DNA of 64,000 nucleotides from assembly GCA_964270895.1 (NCBI GenBank), contig OZ185436.1; one strand, given 5' to 3'. The notes below the pieces were generated by a model. The model had not been told where the DNA came from. It saw only the letters and a program-made list of their open reading frames with translations, and ran no database searches. This document shows positions 24,346 through 34,915 of the stretch, in pieces (the first letter of the stretch is position 1; each line of letters starts with the position of its first letter). The stretch is from Podarcis filfolensis. Taxonomy: Eukaryota. The position numbers were made by a program, and so were the translations under genes.

Positions 24346-24875
24346 ATTTAAGACTCCTTATGTTGTCTTGGACCAACAAGGCTAAAAGACCCTCAACATT
24401 CAGTCTTCAGTTACCATGTCCTGTCAGAGCAAGGAATTCTGCTTGCACAATGGGGACCAGCTGAATGTTGGAAGCAAAAGAAAGGATTTATTTATACACT
24501 CCTACAAGATGTAGTGACGGCCACCAACGTGAATGACTGTAAAAGAGGTTTAGACAAATCCACAAAGGGTATTGCTATCAATGACGACTAGCCATGAAGA
24601 CTGCATACTACGGGATTTCCAGAAAAGGGGTATCTAGCAATGAGGCTGCAAGAAAACTAAACGAGGAACCAGGTCTGGGTTAGGGCAGCACTCTGCAATC
24701 CTTTGTCACAGGTGTGACATTGTGCCAGCAGAACAGACCCCATGCCTGATCCTACCATTGTTGCTGGTTAAGCACTACGTAAGAGAATGAGGTAAAACAT
24801 TCATTTTAACCTGGCTTTCATTTCAGACTATACCTTTATTACACATCTTAACTTGTGTTATTTTTGACTTTAAAA

Positions 24876-25550
24876 TAGGGTTACCAGGTGTCCCCGGTTC
24901 CCAGGGACAGTCCCCAGATTTGCAAATCTGTCCCCAGACAAATTCTGTCCCTGGAATGTCCCCAGTTTTGCAAATCTGTCTCCGGGAAACATGGCAGTGG
25001 CAGCCTCAGCAGCCCAGAGCCAGCCGCAGTTTGCTCTGGCTGGCTTCAGGAGCTGCTCGCTGCCGTGGCGCCCGCCATTTTTCCTGCACCATGGCAGCGA
25101 GCAGCTCCTGAAGCCAGCCAGAGGCAACTTCACTACCAGGCTGGCCCCTCCTGGGCAATGAGCGCTTGCCCATGACTCCCGAGCCTCCCCTGATCTGTCA
25201 AAACAAAGCGGGAAGGGGGAAGGAGATTGGGGAAGGCTCAGGAATCATGGGTGCGTGGTGCGCCGTTGCCCAGTTTTTTAAAAAAACTCTGCGTATTTAT
25301 GTTTCACTGGGTGCGAAAGAAGGGCTTTGCACCTTTATACAATATGCATTAGTGCTTGGGCCCAGGGTCTCTTGCCTCACCATCCCCACTACGGACTCCC
25401 TGTTGCTACCCAGCTTCCAAAAAAAAAAAGAAGAAAAGAAAAGAAAAGAAAAAAGAAGAAAAGAAAAGAAAAGAAAAGAAAAGAAAAGAAAAGAAAAGAA
25501 AAGAAAAGAAAAGTGTCCCCGGATTCACTGAAAAAATTCTGGTAACCATT
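24876..25550. mobile_element. hAT (Tip100-like) non-autonomous element containing a (GAAAA)n expansion
   Basis: TIR TAGGGTTACCAG / CTGGTAACCATT; perfect 8-bp TSD CTTTAAAA at 24868-24875 and 25551-25558; subterminal TGTCCC repeats. Confidence 0.88.
25417..25512. repeat. (GAAAA)n pentanucleotide repeat
   Basis: Seen directly; source of the spurious K/R/E-rich ORFs. Confidence 0.97.
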
Positions 25551-26101
25551 CTTTAAAACCCTCAAGCATCAAATAAAGCAATGAATAAGTGTCCATGTCA
25601 CTGATCCTGCCCTCTCCACAACCCCACACAAACCCTACCCAATCAATGTAAATTACACAAATCATTATCCAAACTTTTTAATTAAAATAATAATTGTTTG
25701 GAAGTTCCTCAGAGGAATAGACTTCCTTTATATAATTTCACACTGAAATGAATTACTTCAGGCACCCCCTTTGGTCTTATGACAAGAGTCCTTTTTAGTT
25801 CAATTTTCCATTGTTTTAAACCAATGGCCTCCCACCATTTTGCCTATAGCTTCATGGTTTCCTCACTCAACCTTCCTGCCTCTCTTAACTTCCCTTATCA
25901 GTTGGGGAGGGGAACACTTGGCCTACTCTACAGAGGACATGCCTCTATTTGAAAGGCTGTCCATCTCTTCCAAGTGCTCTGTCAGATTAATGAGTCACAA
26001 GGAGGGAGAGTGCGAGGGGGCCTTGAAGCTGGACAACAGACTGAGCAGGCTTTCAGACTTCCCCACCACAGCGAGAAGAACTCTATTTCTATTATATTAT
26101 A

Positions 26102-26461
26102 AAGGTAAGGTAAAGGTACCCCTGCCCGTACAGGCCAGTCTTGCCAGACTCTAGGGTTGTGCGCCCATCTCACTTAAGAGGCCGGGGGCCAGCGCTGTCC
26201 GGAGACACTTCCGGGTCACGTGGCCAGCGTGACAAGCTGCATCTGGCAAGCCAGCGCAGCACAGGGAAACGCCGTTTACCTTCCCGCTATAAAGCGGTCC
26301 CTATTTATCTACTTGCACTTAAAGGTGCTTTCGAACAGCTAGGTGGGCAGGAGCTGGGACCGTAGACGGGAGCTCACCCCGCCGCAGGGATTCGAACTGC
26401 CAACCATGCGATCGGCAAGCCCTAGGCACTGAGGTTTTACCCACAGCGCCACCCGCGTCCC
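26102..26461 (-). mobile_element. Full-length Sauria SINE (different subfamily from the 9.8 kb copy)
   Basis: GGGACGCGGGTGGCGCTGTGGGTAAAACC head and B-box GTTCGAATCC; 14-bp TSD TCTATTATATTATA at 26088-26101 and 26464-26477. Confidence 0.95.
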
Positions 26462-27261
26462 TATCTATTATATTATAGTGCCATTCAAATTATGGTAATT
26501 ATTTCTAAATGTGGATCTATTCACATAAATTAGCATGTGCACATTTTAAGCAAAAGCACATTTGTTACAGTTATGTTCTCATGCCTTGTAACAAGCAAAT
26601 TGTCTTGTCTTCTCACAGGTCTTGTTTTCTGTTGTTTAGGTATGAGCTGAGTTAATGGCAAATGAAGCTTTGTTCTGCCCTCCTTTTTCTTTTTTGGGGG
26701 GAGCATACATAGAGTAGAAGCTAACTTCTCCAGCCAGGCCACATCTTTGAGATGGTTCTCCAAGAGCTGGCCTCCTGGGTCAAAGCTGTTTCTCTTTAAG
26801 GGACCCCGTGCTAGATATTGACTTGTGAATGAATAGATACTTTACACTCATGATGATTAATTGCATGAGGTCTCCCTGCACTCTCTGAATGGTGCTTGGA
26901 TGCTCTCCCTGCACATTCCCTGTGCTCCCTCTTCAGCAAGGCTTTTCTTTTAAACTCTTTCCACTGTGACTTCACTTCAGAAGTTGCATCTAATCTATGT
27001 TGACATATGAATATGCATTGACTTGTTACTATCGGGACTGGATGTTCTCTGTCTCCTCTTGCAAAAGCTGGCTCTTGTGCCAGGGAATTCCCAGTGCTTT
27101 ATGTTATAATTACTTATATATAAGTATATTTATATTCATCTGCTTTGATAATACTCCTTCCTAGAATCAAACTTTCACTAGGGCTGGGTTGCAGAGGGGA
27201 ATGGCAACCATGGCACTGGCCTTGGACAGCCAGGATGGCCACGCAACAGCAGTCATCATGG

Positions 27262-27700
27262 GCAGCTAGACTGGTGACTGGCAGTGGCTGCCGAGACCAT
27301 ATAACACCGGTCTTGAAAGACCTACATTGGCTCCCAGTAGGTTTCTGAGCACAATTCAAAGTGTTGGTGCTGACCTTTAAAGCCCTAAATGGCCTCGTCC
27401 CAGTATACCTGAAGGAGCATCTCCACCCCCATCGTTCAACCCAAACACTGAGCTCCAGTGAGAACTGAGGTTACAGGGAACAAGGCAGAGGGCCTTCTTG
27501 GTAGTGGTGGCCGCCCTGTGGAACACCCTCCCATCAGATGTCAAGGAAATAAACAACTATCTGACTTTTAGAAGACATCTGAAGGCAGTCCTGTTTAGGG
27601 AAGTTTTTAATGTTTGATTTTTTATTGTGTTTTTAATATTCTGTTGGGAGCCGCCCAGAGTGGCTGGGGAATAAATAAATATTAATTATTATTATTATTA
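27262..27700 (+). mobile_element. L2-clade LINE 3' end
   Basis: Encodes ARLVTGSGCRDHITPVLKDLHWLPVGF*AQFKVLVLTFKALNG; 3' region gggagccgcccagagtggctgggga and an (ATT)n tail. Confidence 0.88.
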
Positions 27701-27796
27701 AAGCTCCAGACAGCTGCCAGTTCCTTCCTTCTGCCCTTAAAAATCAAATGCAAATGGTGACGTTTCAGAGTGCTCTTACTTTAAGGAGTAAGGAGA

Positions 27797-27971
27797 GGGG
27801 CCTTAACGAAATGACTGATCATCTGCTTTGCATGCAGAAGGCCGCAGATTCTCTCTCCAGAATCTTCAGGTAGGACCAGGAGGGATCCCTGCCTGAAATC
27901 AATGTAGTCAGTACTGCAGGAGATGGACCACTGGTCTGACTCAGTGTATGGCAGTTTTCTCTGTTCCTATG
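27797..27971 (+). mobile_element. Squam2-type SINE, degenerate
   Basis: catctgctttgcatgcagaagg head, cctgcctgaaa, gatggaccactggtctgactcagt...ttcctatg tail. Confidence 0.7.
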
Positions 27972-28751
27972 TTATTTATCTTTCTTCTTCTTCCAACTTC
28001 CCTTTGCTACCTCATTCCCCCTCCTTTGTGTTGTTTACCCCTTTAAACATCTGTTGTTAATTGTGTGCAGGGTAGGTGCCAAACGTCTTAAAGCACAAAC
28101 TGTTATGCCAGGGAGCTGCACAATACCCCAGGGGCTTATACCCAACATGCTGGCGGCTCTTCCAGTTGAGGGGAAAAGGCTACAGACGATTTCCCTCCAG
28201 GGGTGATGACAATGGTGTCTCTGCTATGGTAGCTACGGCACTCTCCAGTCCATATTTCAGCCATACCTCATATAATCCTATCTCATCGTGCCACACCTGT
28301 CATATGTCCAGAAAACCACTTACAAAATGGGAGGCATGCTATCCTGTGGGCATAGAGAAGTCCTGCTCACGAAGAATTGGCTCCATGATTTTCTGTTCAC
28401 ATGTAAGACAAGTTCTGCTGAAAAATGTTGGACCCAGACAAGCAGCTACTTACAAACGCTCACCTAAGTAGTTATTAACATGGAAAGCAGCCATGATTTT
28501 GCAACAGTGTTTTGGAACACCTAGCATTTGCACAGTATAATGTAAAGCTATAAAATTTCCATGTGCGTGGTCTGAATCCATTGCCACATCTTGATTTCAT
28601 GCATCTTAGGACAACATATGCACCACATGTATTTGGCTCTGTCTTGCAAGGCATTTCATTTTCAGAAAAGCTTTCTTGTTGTTCAGCTGCCTATCAGAAG
28701 TACTCTCTCTGATTACTGTTTTTATATAGAACCAGGGAAATCAAGGACATA

Positions 28752-29010
28752 CCGTATTTTTCGCTCTATAAGACTCACCAGACCACAAGACACACCTAGT
28801 TTTTGGAGGAGGAAAACAAGAAAAAATATATTCTGAATCTCAGAAGCCAGAACAGCAAAAGGGATTGCTGCACAGTGAAAGCAGCAATCCCGCTTGCTGT
28901 TCTGGCTTCTGTGATAGCTACGCAGCCTGCATTCGCTCCATAAGACGCACACACATTTCCCCTTACTTTTTAGGAGGGAAAAGGTGAGTCTTATAGAGCA
29001 AAAAATACAG
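28752..29010. mobile_element. Tc1/mariner (Tc2/pogo-like) MITE
   Basis: TIR CCGTATTTTTCGCTCTATAAGAC / GTCTTATAGAGCAAAAAATACAG; TA on both sides. Confidence 0.92.
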
Positions 29011-29365
29011 TATATATATATATATTATATTTTGCTGTGCTGCAAGTCAGAGTGTGAAGAAAAATTCCACGCTGAATGGTTGTTTTGGTCTAATTTACAG
29101 ATAATTGATATGTAATAACAAGCAAGAGGTTATATAGAGCAGCAAAAAGAGACACATGTGCATGACCCTCGAGGAAGCCAAAACAAAATGTGATGGATTT
29201 CCATGTTAATGAGGTCACTGTTAACTTTGGGTTGTGCTATTATGACTTTGCTCAATTTAATCTGATCCTTTTAACATCTTGTCTTGTTCCAATGTTATGA
29301 CTTACGTCAAACAAATACATTTCAGTTAAATTCTGTTTATATCACTAGTGAAGTGAACTTGCTAA

Positions 29366-29657
29366 TAGGGATAGGAAAATCATTCCATCTCTTTTGCTCT
29401 TAGTTGCTCAGTTCTTCACATTTTCACATCAGCTTGCATTTTTTTTAAAAAAAAAGTCATGAAAATGCACCAGCATTTTATTGTGCATTTCCCAGTATAT
29501 AAATGTTGCCATGCAATTTTGCTTAACACAATGCATTTTTGTATGACATTTTCACCCTTTTCATGCACACTTTACCCTGCATTTTTTTTTTACACATTAC
29601 TTACCTCGTGGGTTTGCCTTTAAATGTGAACTGAATTGAATTTCTTCTCCTTCCCTA
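29366..29657 (-). mobile_element. AT-rich non-autonomous DNA element (TAGGGA/TCCCTA termini)
   Basis: Short TIR and internal ATGCATTTTT repeats; same family as 11087-11472. Confidence 0.55.
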
Positions 29658-29742
29658 TCAGCTGCTGCCTGTCAGAATCAGTGCTAATGTGAACTGAACG
29701 GTGGTTTAGACAAAACTCACAGTGATGAACTGACTCGAACAT

Positions 29743-29890
29743 TAGGGAAAGGGCTGTAACTCCGTGGCAGAGCAAATGATTTGCTTGCACAAGAACCCTG
29801 GTTCAATCGCCAACATCTCTAGGGGAAAGCTTTGGGTTTCCCTTGCCTGAAACCATGGAGAGCGGATGGTCTAAGTATAAGTTCCTATAC
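29743..29890 (+). mobile_element. Degenerate tRNA-headed SINE (Squam2-like)
   Basis: gggctgtaactccgtggcagagca (A box), ggttcaatc (B box), cttgcctgaaaccatggagagc. Confidence 0.55.
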
Positions 29891-30975
29891 CAACTCAAAA
29901 TCATGGGATAAGTTCAAAAATTCTGGAATCGCCAAGATAAAATACATCTTTGGTTTAGATGTTTTGAGACATGCTATCGGTCACCATCTTTTTAGCAGAC
30001 TAGATGGTTCTTTTAAACATGGGTTGCCAACATGGGGAAGAGGCGACACTGATTTGTATCTCTCTGAAGGGAGCCTATGGGCCTACTTCTGATATGGGTC
30101 TTAGTATGGTGTGCTGTGCTTCATACCACCCAGCTCAGAAAATTAGAGGCAAAACCAAAGTTAGAGGCTTTTGGGGTTCCTAATATTCACACTCTTTGTG
30201 TGGGGGGACGACGACTAGGGAGTAAAATAAATACATTGTGCTAACTTGGTTTATGGCAGATTTGCCAAAAAGGGTGATTGTCATGCACAGATAGATTGCC
30301 AAGCCTTCCTTCCGCAACAGGCTGAGGGAAGGGGCATTACCCCATAATGTCATTCATGTGAAAATCAATTTCTCCAGAAAACACACACACAAGGCAATAA
30401 ATAACACCATGTGAAATAATTTTAGTGGAAAATAAAAAGTGTACTTTCCCTCAATGTATGTTCTGGGTTTACTACTGCAACATGGTGGGCACATGCTAAG
30501 GTTCTTTTTAAACACACACACACACACATACGCCAATTAATTGCAAGTTATAAAATGTTTTTGGTTGTGCTCATGATCAAAAAGCAGCCTGTGATTTATG
30601 ACTTGGAACATTTTCACCAAAGCCCGAGAGGTTATGAAAATAACACAACCCGCTTATAAATTGACATGAGCAAGATTTCCCATATATTTATACTCAAACC
30701 AAAATTATGATAATAATTCACATGGAAAACATTAAGAGCTTCAGAAAAATGCTTTCGGTTCCCTGCTGTGGTTATTGGGTCCAATGAAGTACGTAGCAAT
30801 GGTCGACTGTCAAACTCTTCTGTTTTTCCCATTCAAACATTGATAGATCTCTTAAAACCTCATATTGTTTTATAGTCATTAGTCCACAGATTTTGCAGCT
30901 CAAAGCTTTCACACCTGCTTTCTTGAGCATTTCCAGTTAGAGTTGGGAAGCTTCTTTAGGCTGTAATGCTTTGTG

Positions 30976-30977
<2 letters not shown>

Positions 30978-31027
<50 letters not shown>

Positions 31028-31045
31028 GTGTGTGTGTGTGTCTGT
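30978..31045. repeat. Compound (CT)n(GT)n microsatellite
   Basis: Seen directly. Confidence 0.97.
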
Positions 31046-32261
31046 CAGAGTCATAGGATACAGTGGAGCTCACTCTCAGACCTTGGAGGAGCAGCTCTGG
31101 TGCAGGATCCCTCTTCCCTCTCACATCAGAGGTTGTATGTGGTAGGGCGAAAAAGACGACATGCTGAGGTAGTTCAAGGGCATGTCAAAAATGAACCCCA
31201 AAATGGCTTGGACCCAAAGGACTGAAAGCCATCTAGGTGTTCTGAAATGTGCAGTTCCCAGTGGGGATGGGGAAAACGTCTTCTTTTCTAAAAATCTAAC
31301 CTCCCTGCAAAACGGACAGAAAACCACAAAGGTAACCCTTGGACCCCGCTTCTCAGCAGGGCATGATATGGGTGGTTAAACAGCTCTTGATTTCACCACC
31401 ACAACCCCCGGTTTGCATTGCATCCTTAATATGGCAAATTGGTGTGTTTTTAATGCATGAAGCTGTCTCAAATCCAACATACCCTTTCCCACCATATACT
31501 TTGCATCTATGTATTAGAACTTTTCTAATTTATACAAAGCCTGTATCATCCTCAAACTGTGGCCACCTGTTGAGATAAGGATATTCCCCAGCAAACCTAA
31601 TAATGGTATTATGCTTTCACATTGGAGGGTGACCCTTAACTGATCCTCTCACTTGTGTTACATTGAACTTTCTCCTGCATCTCCCCTCCCAGGATTGTTC
31701 ATCAATTAATGAGAAAGGTAATTGCACTCAATAATTATCAGAGGGAGATAATCCTTTTTTTGTGAGAAGAATCTCAGGAGTCGTGTGCAGGGTATTTGTT
31801 GTACTCACCTTATTTTGAGGCGGCCAAGGAGTGTTTATGAGAAGGAGTGTCCTTCCTTTCATTCTACAAATCATCTCACCAGTGGTCTGCATTCTGCAGC
31901 CTTCCTGACTGTCTGTGCTTCAGTAAAAACCCACAGGGCCTCTTTGAAGACCAGGCAACCAGGAAAGAAAACTGGGAAACTTTACTGGAAAGGAAAGCAG
32001 ACACACCACCCTCAGCAACCTTGTCACAATAAGGTGAGCTCAAAACTCAGCACTCACTGAAATTGTACAAAAATTGTAAGGTGTTCTGTGAATGCAGCAG
32101 AAAAAAGAAGCCTCTTTTGCAAGGGAAGAAAACTTTTCAAAAATTGGAAGACAGGTTTTAGCACAGCACTACCTCCGACTCTTTTCATCAGCCATAACAA
32201 GCAGGGACAAGAAATAGATAAAAATCAACGCGATCTGATGATGATGACGACGACCATGGAA

Positions 32262-32345
32262 TACTAGGCAAGTTGTGTGAACCGCCCTGAGTCCTCCAGG
32301 TATAGGGCAGTATATAAATTCAATAAATAATAAAAATAATAATAG
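32262..32345 (+). mobile_element. L2-type 3' tail
   Basis: gtgaaccgccctgagtcc...gggcagtatataaattcaataaataataa. Confidence 0.55.
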
Positions 32346-33895
32346 GCAATTCCACCACTTTTTGCCATACATAATTTGTAACCACAAGAATCATGCTGCC
32401 AAACCCAACTCATTGCTAGTGTAAACAGGATCATCCCCGTGCTTGCAGATGTCCAAGAGACAGGAGCCAAAAACATTTCTTAAGATTTCAAGCATTGCAT
32501 CTTGGTTAAATCAATATCATAGGGATATGGTGAGGCATTCTGGTTCGTTCACATATATAGCTAGATCAGTTTCCTGACATGGGCTGCACATTTCCAGTGC
32601 ACATCTTCCTCAATCTGGATTGGGATTGCAGTGGTGTGTGCGTGTTTTAATTAGTCAAAGGATTCCCAGTCCAGACCAGCCCCTGTATGCTACTGGGAAA
32701 AGCTTGTATTCAAGGGCATGCTACATGATCAATCAACATCATTTTCAGTTTGGAGCCATAGTGTTCAGCTATAGGAGTTGCTATAGTGGCTCATGCGTTT
32801 GATGGAAACAGCTATACAAAACATACCCCTGAAGGATTATTCCAAAACATGTTGCTCCCCCCACAGAAAAGCCTTTCTTCAGGAACCTTGATCTCCTTCC
32901 TCCCCCCACTTCCATCTACCTCCCTGCATTGTACCTGGGATCTACTGGGAGATAGAGACGGTACAGCCTGCAGTCCTGCAAAATGCAAGGCTGGTAGGGA
33001 TATCTTCCAAACCAAATCATTTCTAATTGGGAGAAGGGCAGGTGAACAGGAAGAGAGGGGACACTGTTACTTCCAATATTTCAGGGTTAGTTTGGCTCTC
33101 TAAACTCCTAGTTGCGTGTTCTCTCTTACAAAGCAGAATAAAGAGCATTTGGAATTGGAAATGTCACAACCTATTTCCACTGCAGAACTACCCCTCTGCT
33201 TTAGCAGTCAGAAAGTACTGAGCATTCTCCTGTCCCAACTTGCTGCTCGGTAAATACTGTGTGTGCCTGGCCTGAATTGTGTAGCTGGGAATGTATATAA
33301 TCTGCTCTTGTAAAAATCAGTTCACTTGAGGGCAAGCACATGATGTAATCCCACTGCCAGTTTTGCCAAGATCAAAAGGACTTTGTATGCTGATGCTACC
33401 ATCCCACACAGTGTTTTGGAATCTCAGGAGCAATTTGGGGAGCAAATATAATAATGCAGTCTGCTGGTCCTGTGCAAACTTCTGCAGGGTTCAGGAGTGG
33501 GCTGATTGCCTTGCCTGCAAAGTCAATGGCTGGAATCTGCATACAATAATCAACAACATTCATCTGAGGATAAAGGGATGTAACACCCATGGATGTACTG
33601 TGAGTCCTCAGTTCCTTGATCTTCATGTATTATTATATGCAGATATAGTAATGCCTAGTATAATTGCAGTGAAACAAGATTGGCTTTGGGCTTCCTTTAA
33701 AACCTGCTAATGTCAAAGGCATGTTTGACAAAAATATATCTGGGTCCCTTGCACCTCCCTTCAGTGAATTTAAAAACTGATAAAAAAAAGAAACCAGGCC
33801 TGAGAAATCAAATTTGAGGCTTCTGGGACAATGCTGTAACCCATAACTGTTGTTTGCATATCACTTCATAAAATATGCAGAGAGCTTTCCCTAGC

Positions 33896-33901
<6 letters not shown>

Positions 33902-33941
<40 letters not shown>
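33902..33941. repeat. (TA)n microsatellite just downstream of PPARG
   Basis: Seen directly. Confidence 0.97.
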
Positions 33942-33944
<3 letters not shown>

Positions 33945-34095
33945 TGAATGAAATGTGAAGCTGAAAATTGCACTGCACAGTTAACCAACTTCAGTGATAT
34001 TTTTTTAATCAGATTGAACAAGCAATTATGGTTTATAAAATAAGACAGATAAAAAAATTTAATCTGGAAAATACTGTCAACAATTTAATGATATA

Positions 34096-34118
34096 ATATA
34101 TATATATATATATATATA
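34096..34118. repeat. (TA)n microsatellite at the distal PPARG 3'UTR
   Basis: Seen directly. Confidence 0.95.
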
Positions 34119-34121
34119 CAT

Positions 34122-34127
34122 TTTAAT
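34122..34127 (-). terminator. Candidate PPARG poly(A) hexamer ATTAAA (a second ATTAAA lies at 34084-34089)
   Basis: ATTAAA on the gene strand at the end of the conserved UTR block. There is no AATAAA in the UTR block. Confidence 0.6.
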
Positions 34128-34223
34128 ATTAAAAGTAAATTGTAAATGTGTCTTTATAAACAATAGGCATAAAATAGATCTATAATAGTAAAAGCTCTCC
34201 CTCTCTTTTTAAAATGCTTTTTC

Positions 34224-34231
34224 TTCACAGT
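34224..34231 (-). promoter_or_regulatory. miR-27 8-mer site (ACTGTGAA) in the PPARG 3'UTR
   Basis: The plus strand reads ttcacagt, an exact 8-mer complement of the miR-27 seed. miR-27a/b is an established PPARG repressor. Confidence 0.8.
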
Positions 34232-34270
34232 AATTTCTTAAGTATGTAATATTTTTCCCTCTCAAAGAAG

Positions 34271-34278
34271 TAGTGCAA
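34271..34278 (-). promoter_or_regulatory. miR-130/301/454 family 8-mer site (TTGCACTA) in the PPARG 3'UTR
   Basis: The plus strand reads tagtgcaa, an exact 8-mer complement of the miR-130 seed. miR-130 is an established PPARG repressor in mammals. Confidence 0.8.
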
Positions 34279-34324
34279 TTTGAACAACGTACATCATGTC
34301 AATGGATTAGAAATTCTACATCCC

Positions 34325-34603
<279 letters not shown>

Positions 34604-34915
34604 TTAATCAGAAAAACAGACAAAACCCCACATATTTGTACAGCATTTCAAGCACATTATCACTGAAATATTCAGATTTCTATTACATCTCAGCTGGGAT
34701 TTTTGTAGGTTTTGATTTTCACAGGAAATAGCATGAGGCTGAACGTGGAGATATCCTCCACCTGAGAAATGTTACTGAAATCTGCTCTGAAGGTCGGTGG
34801 TTAAAAGAATCTCCTAGCACTGAGATGAAGAGTCCTGAGGACGCTAACCCTGCTATTTTCTCTGGAAGTGACATAGTTCATATACTCAGGTGATGTTGCT
34901 GCCAAACTATTCTCT

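Larger units (their letters stand above)
34072..34324 (-). other. PPARG: PPARG 3'UTR (distal end approximate)
   Basis: Follows the stop codon. Contains TAAGAAATTACTGTGAA...AAAGCATTTTAAAAAG and GATCTATTTTATGCCTATTGTTTATAAAGACACATTTACAATTTACTTTTAATATTAAAA, which I recall as nearly identical to the human PPARG 3'UTR (from memory, not aligned). Confidence 0.8.

Noticed and set aside
25166-25556. K/R/E-rich ORFs
   Set aside because: Translations of the (GAAAA)n repeat.
29743-29830. tRNA-like A and B boxes
   Set aside because: No cloverleaf; continues into a SINE body. No genuine tRNA, rRNA or CRISPR feature was found in the window.
1-34000. Expected syntenic neighbour TSEN2 downstream of PPARG
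   Set aside because: No TSEN2-like peptide (e.g. APKRKRR, LQLSLEEAFFL, GLKYG) was found in the ORF track or by manual reading. It probably lies outside the window.
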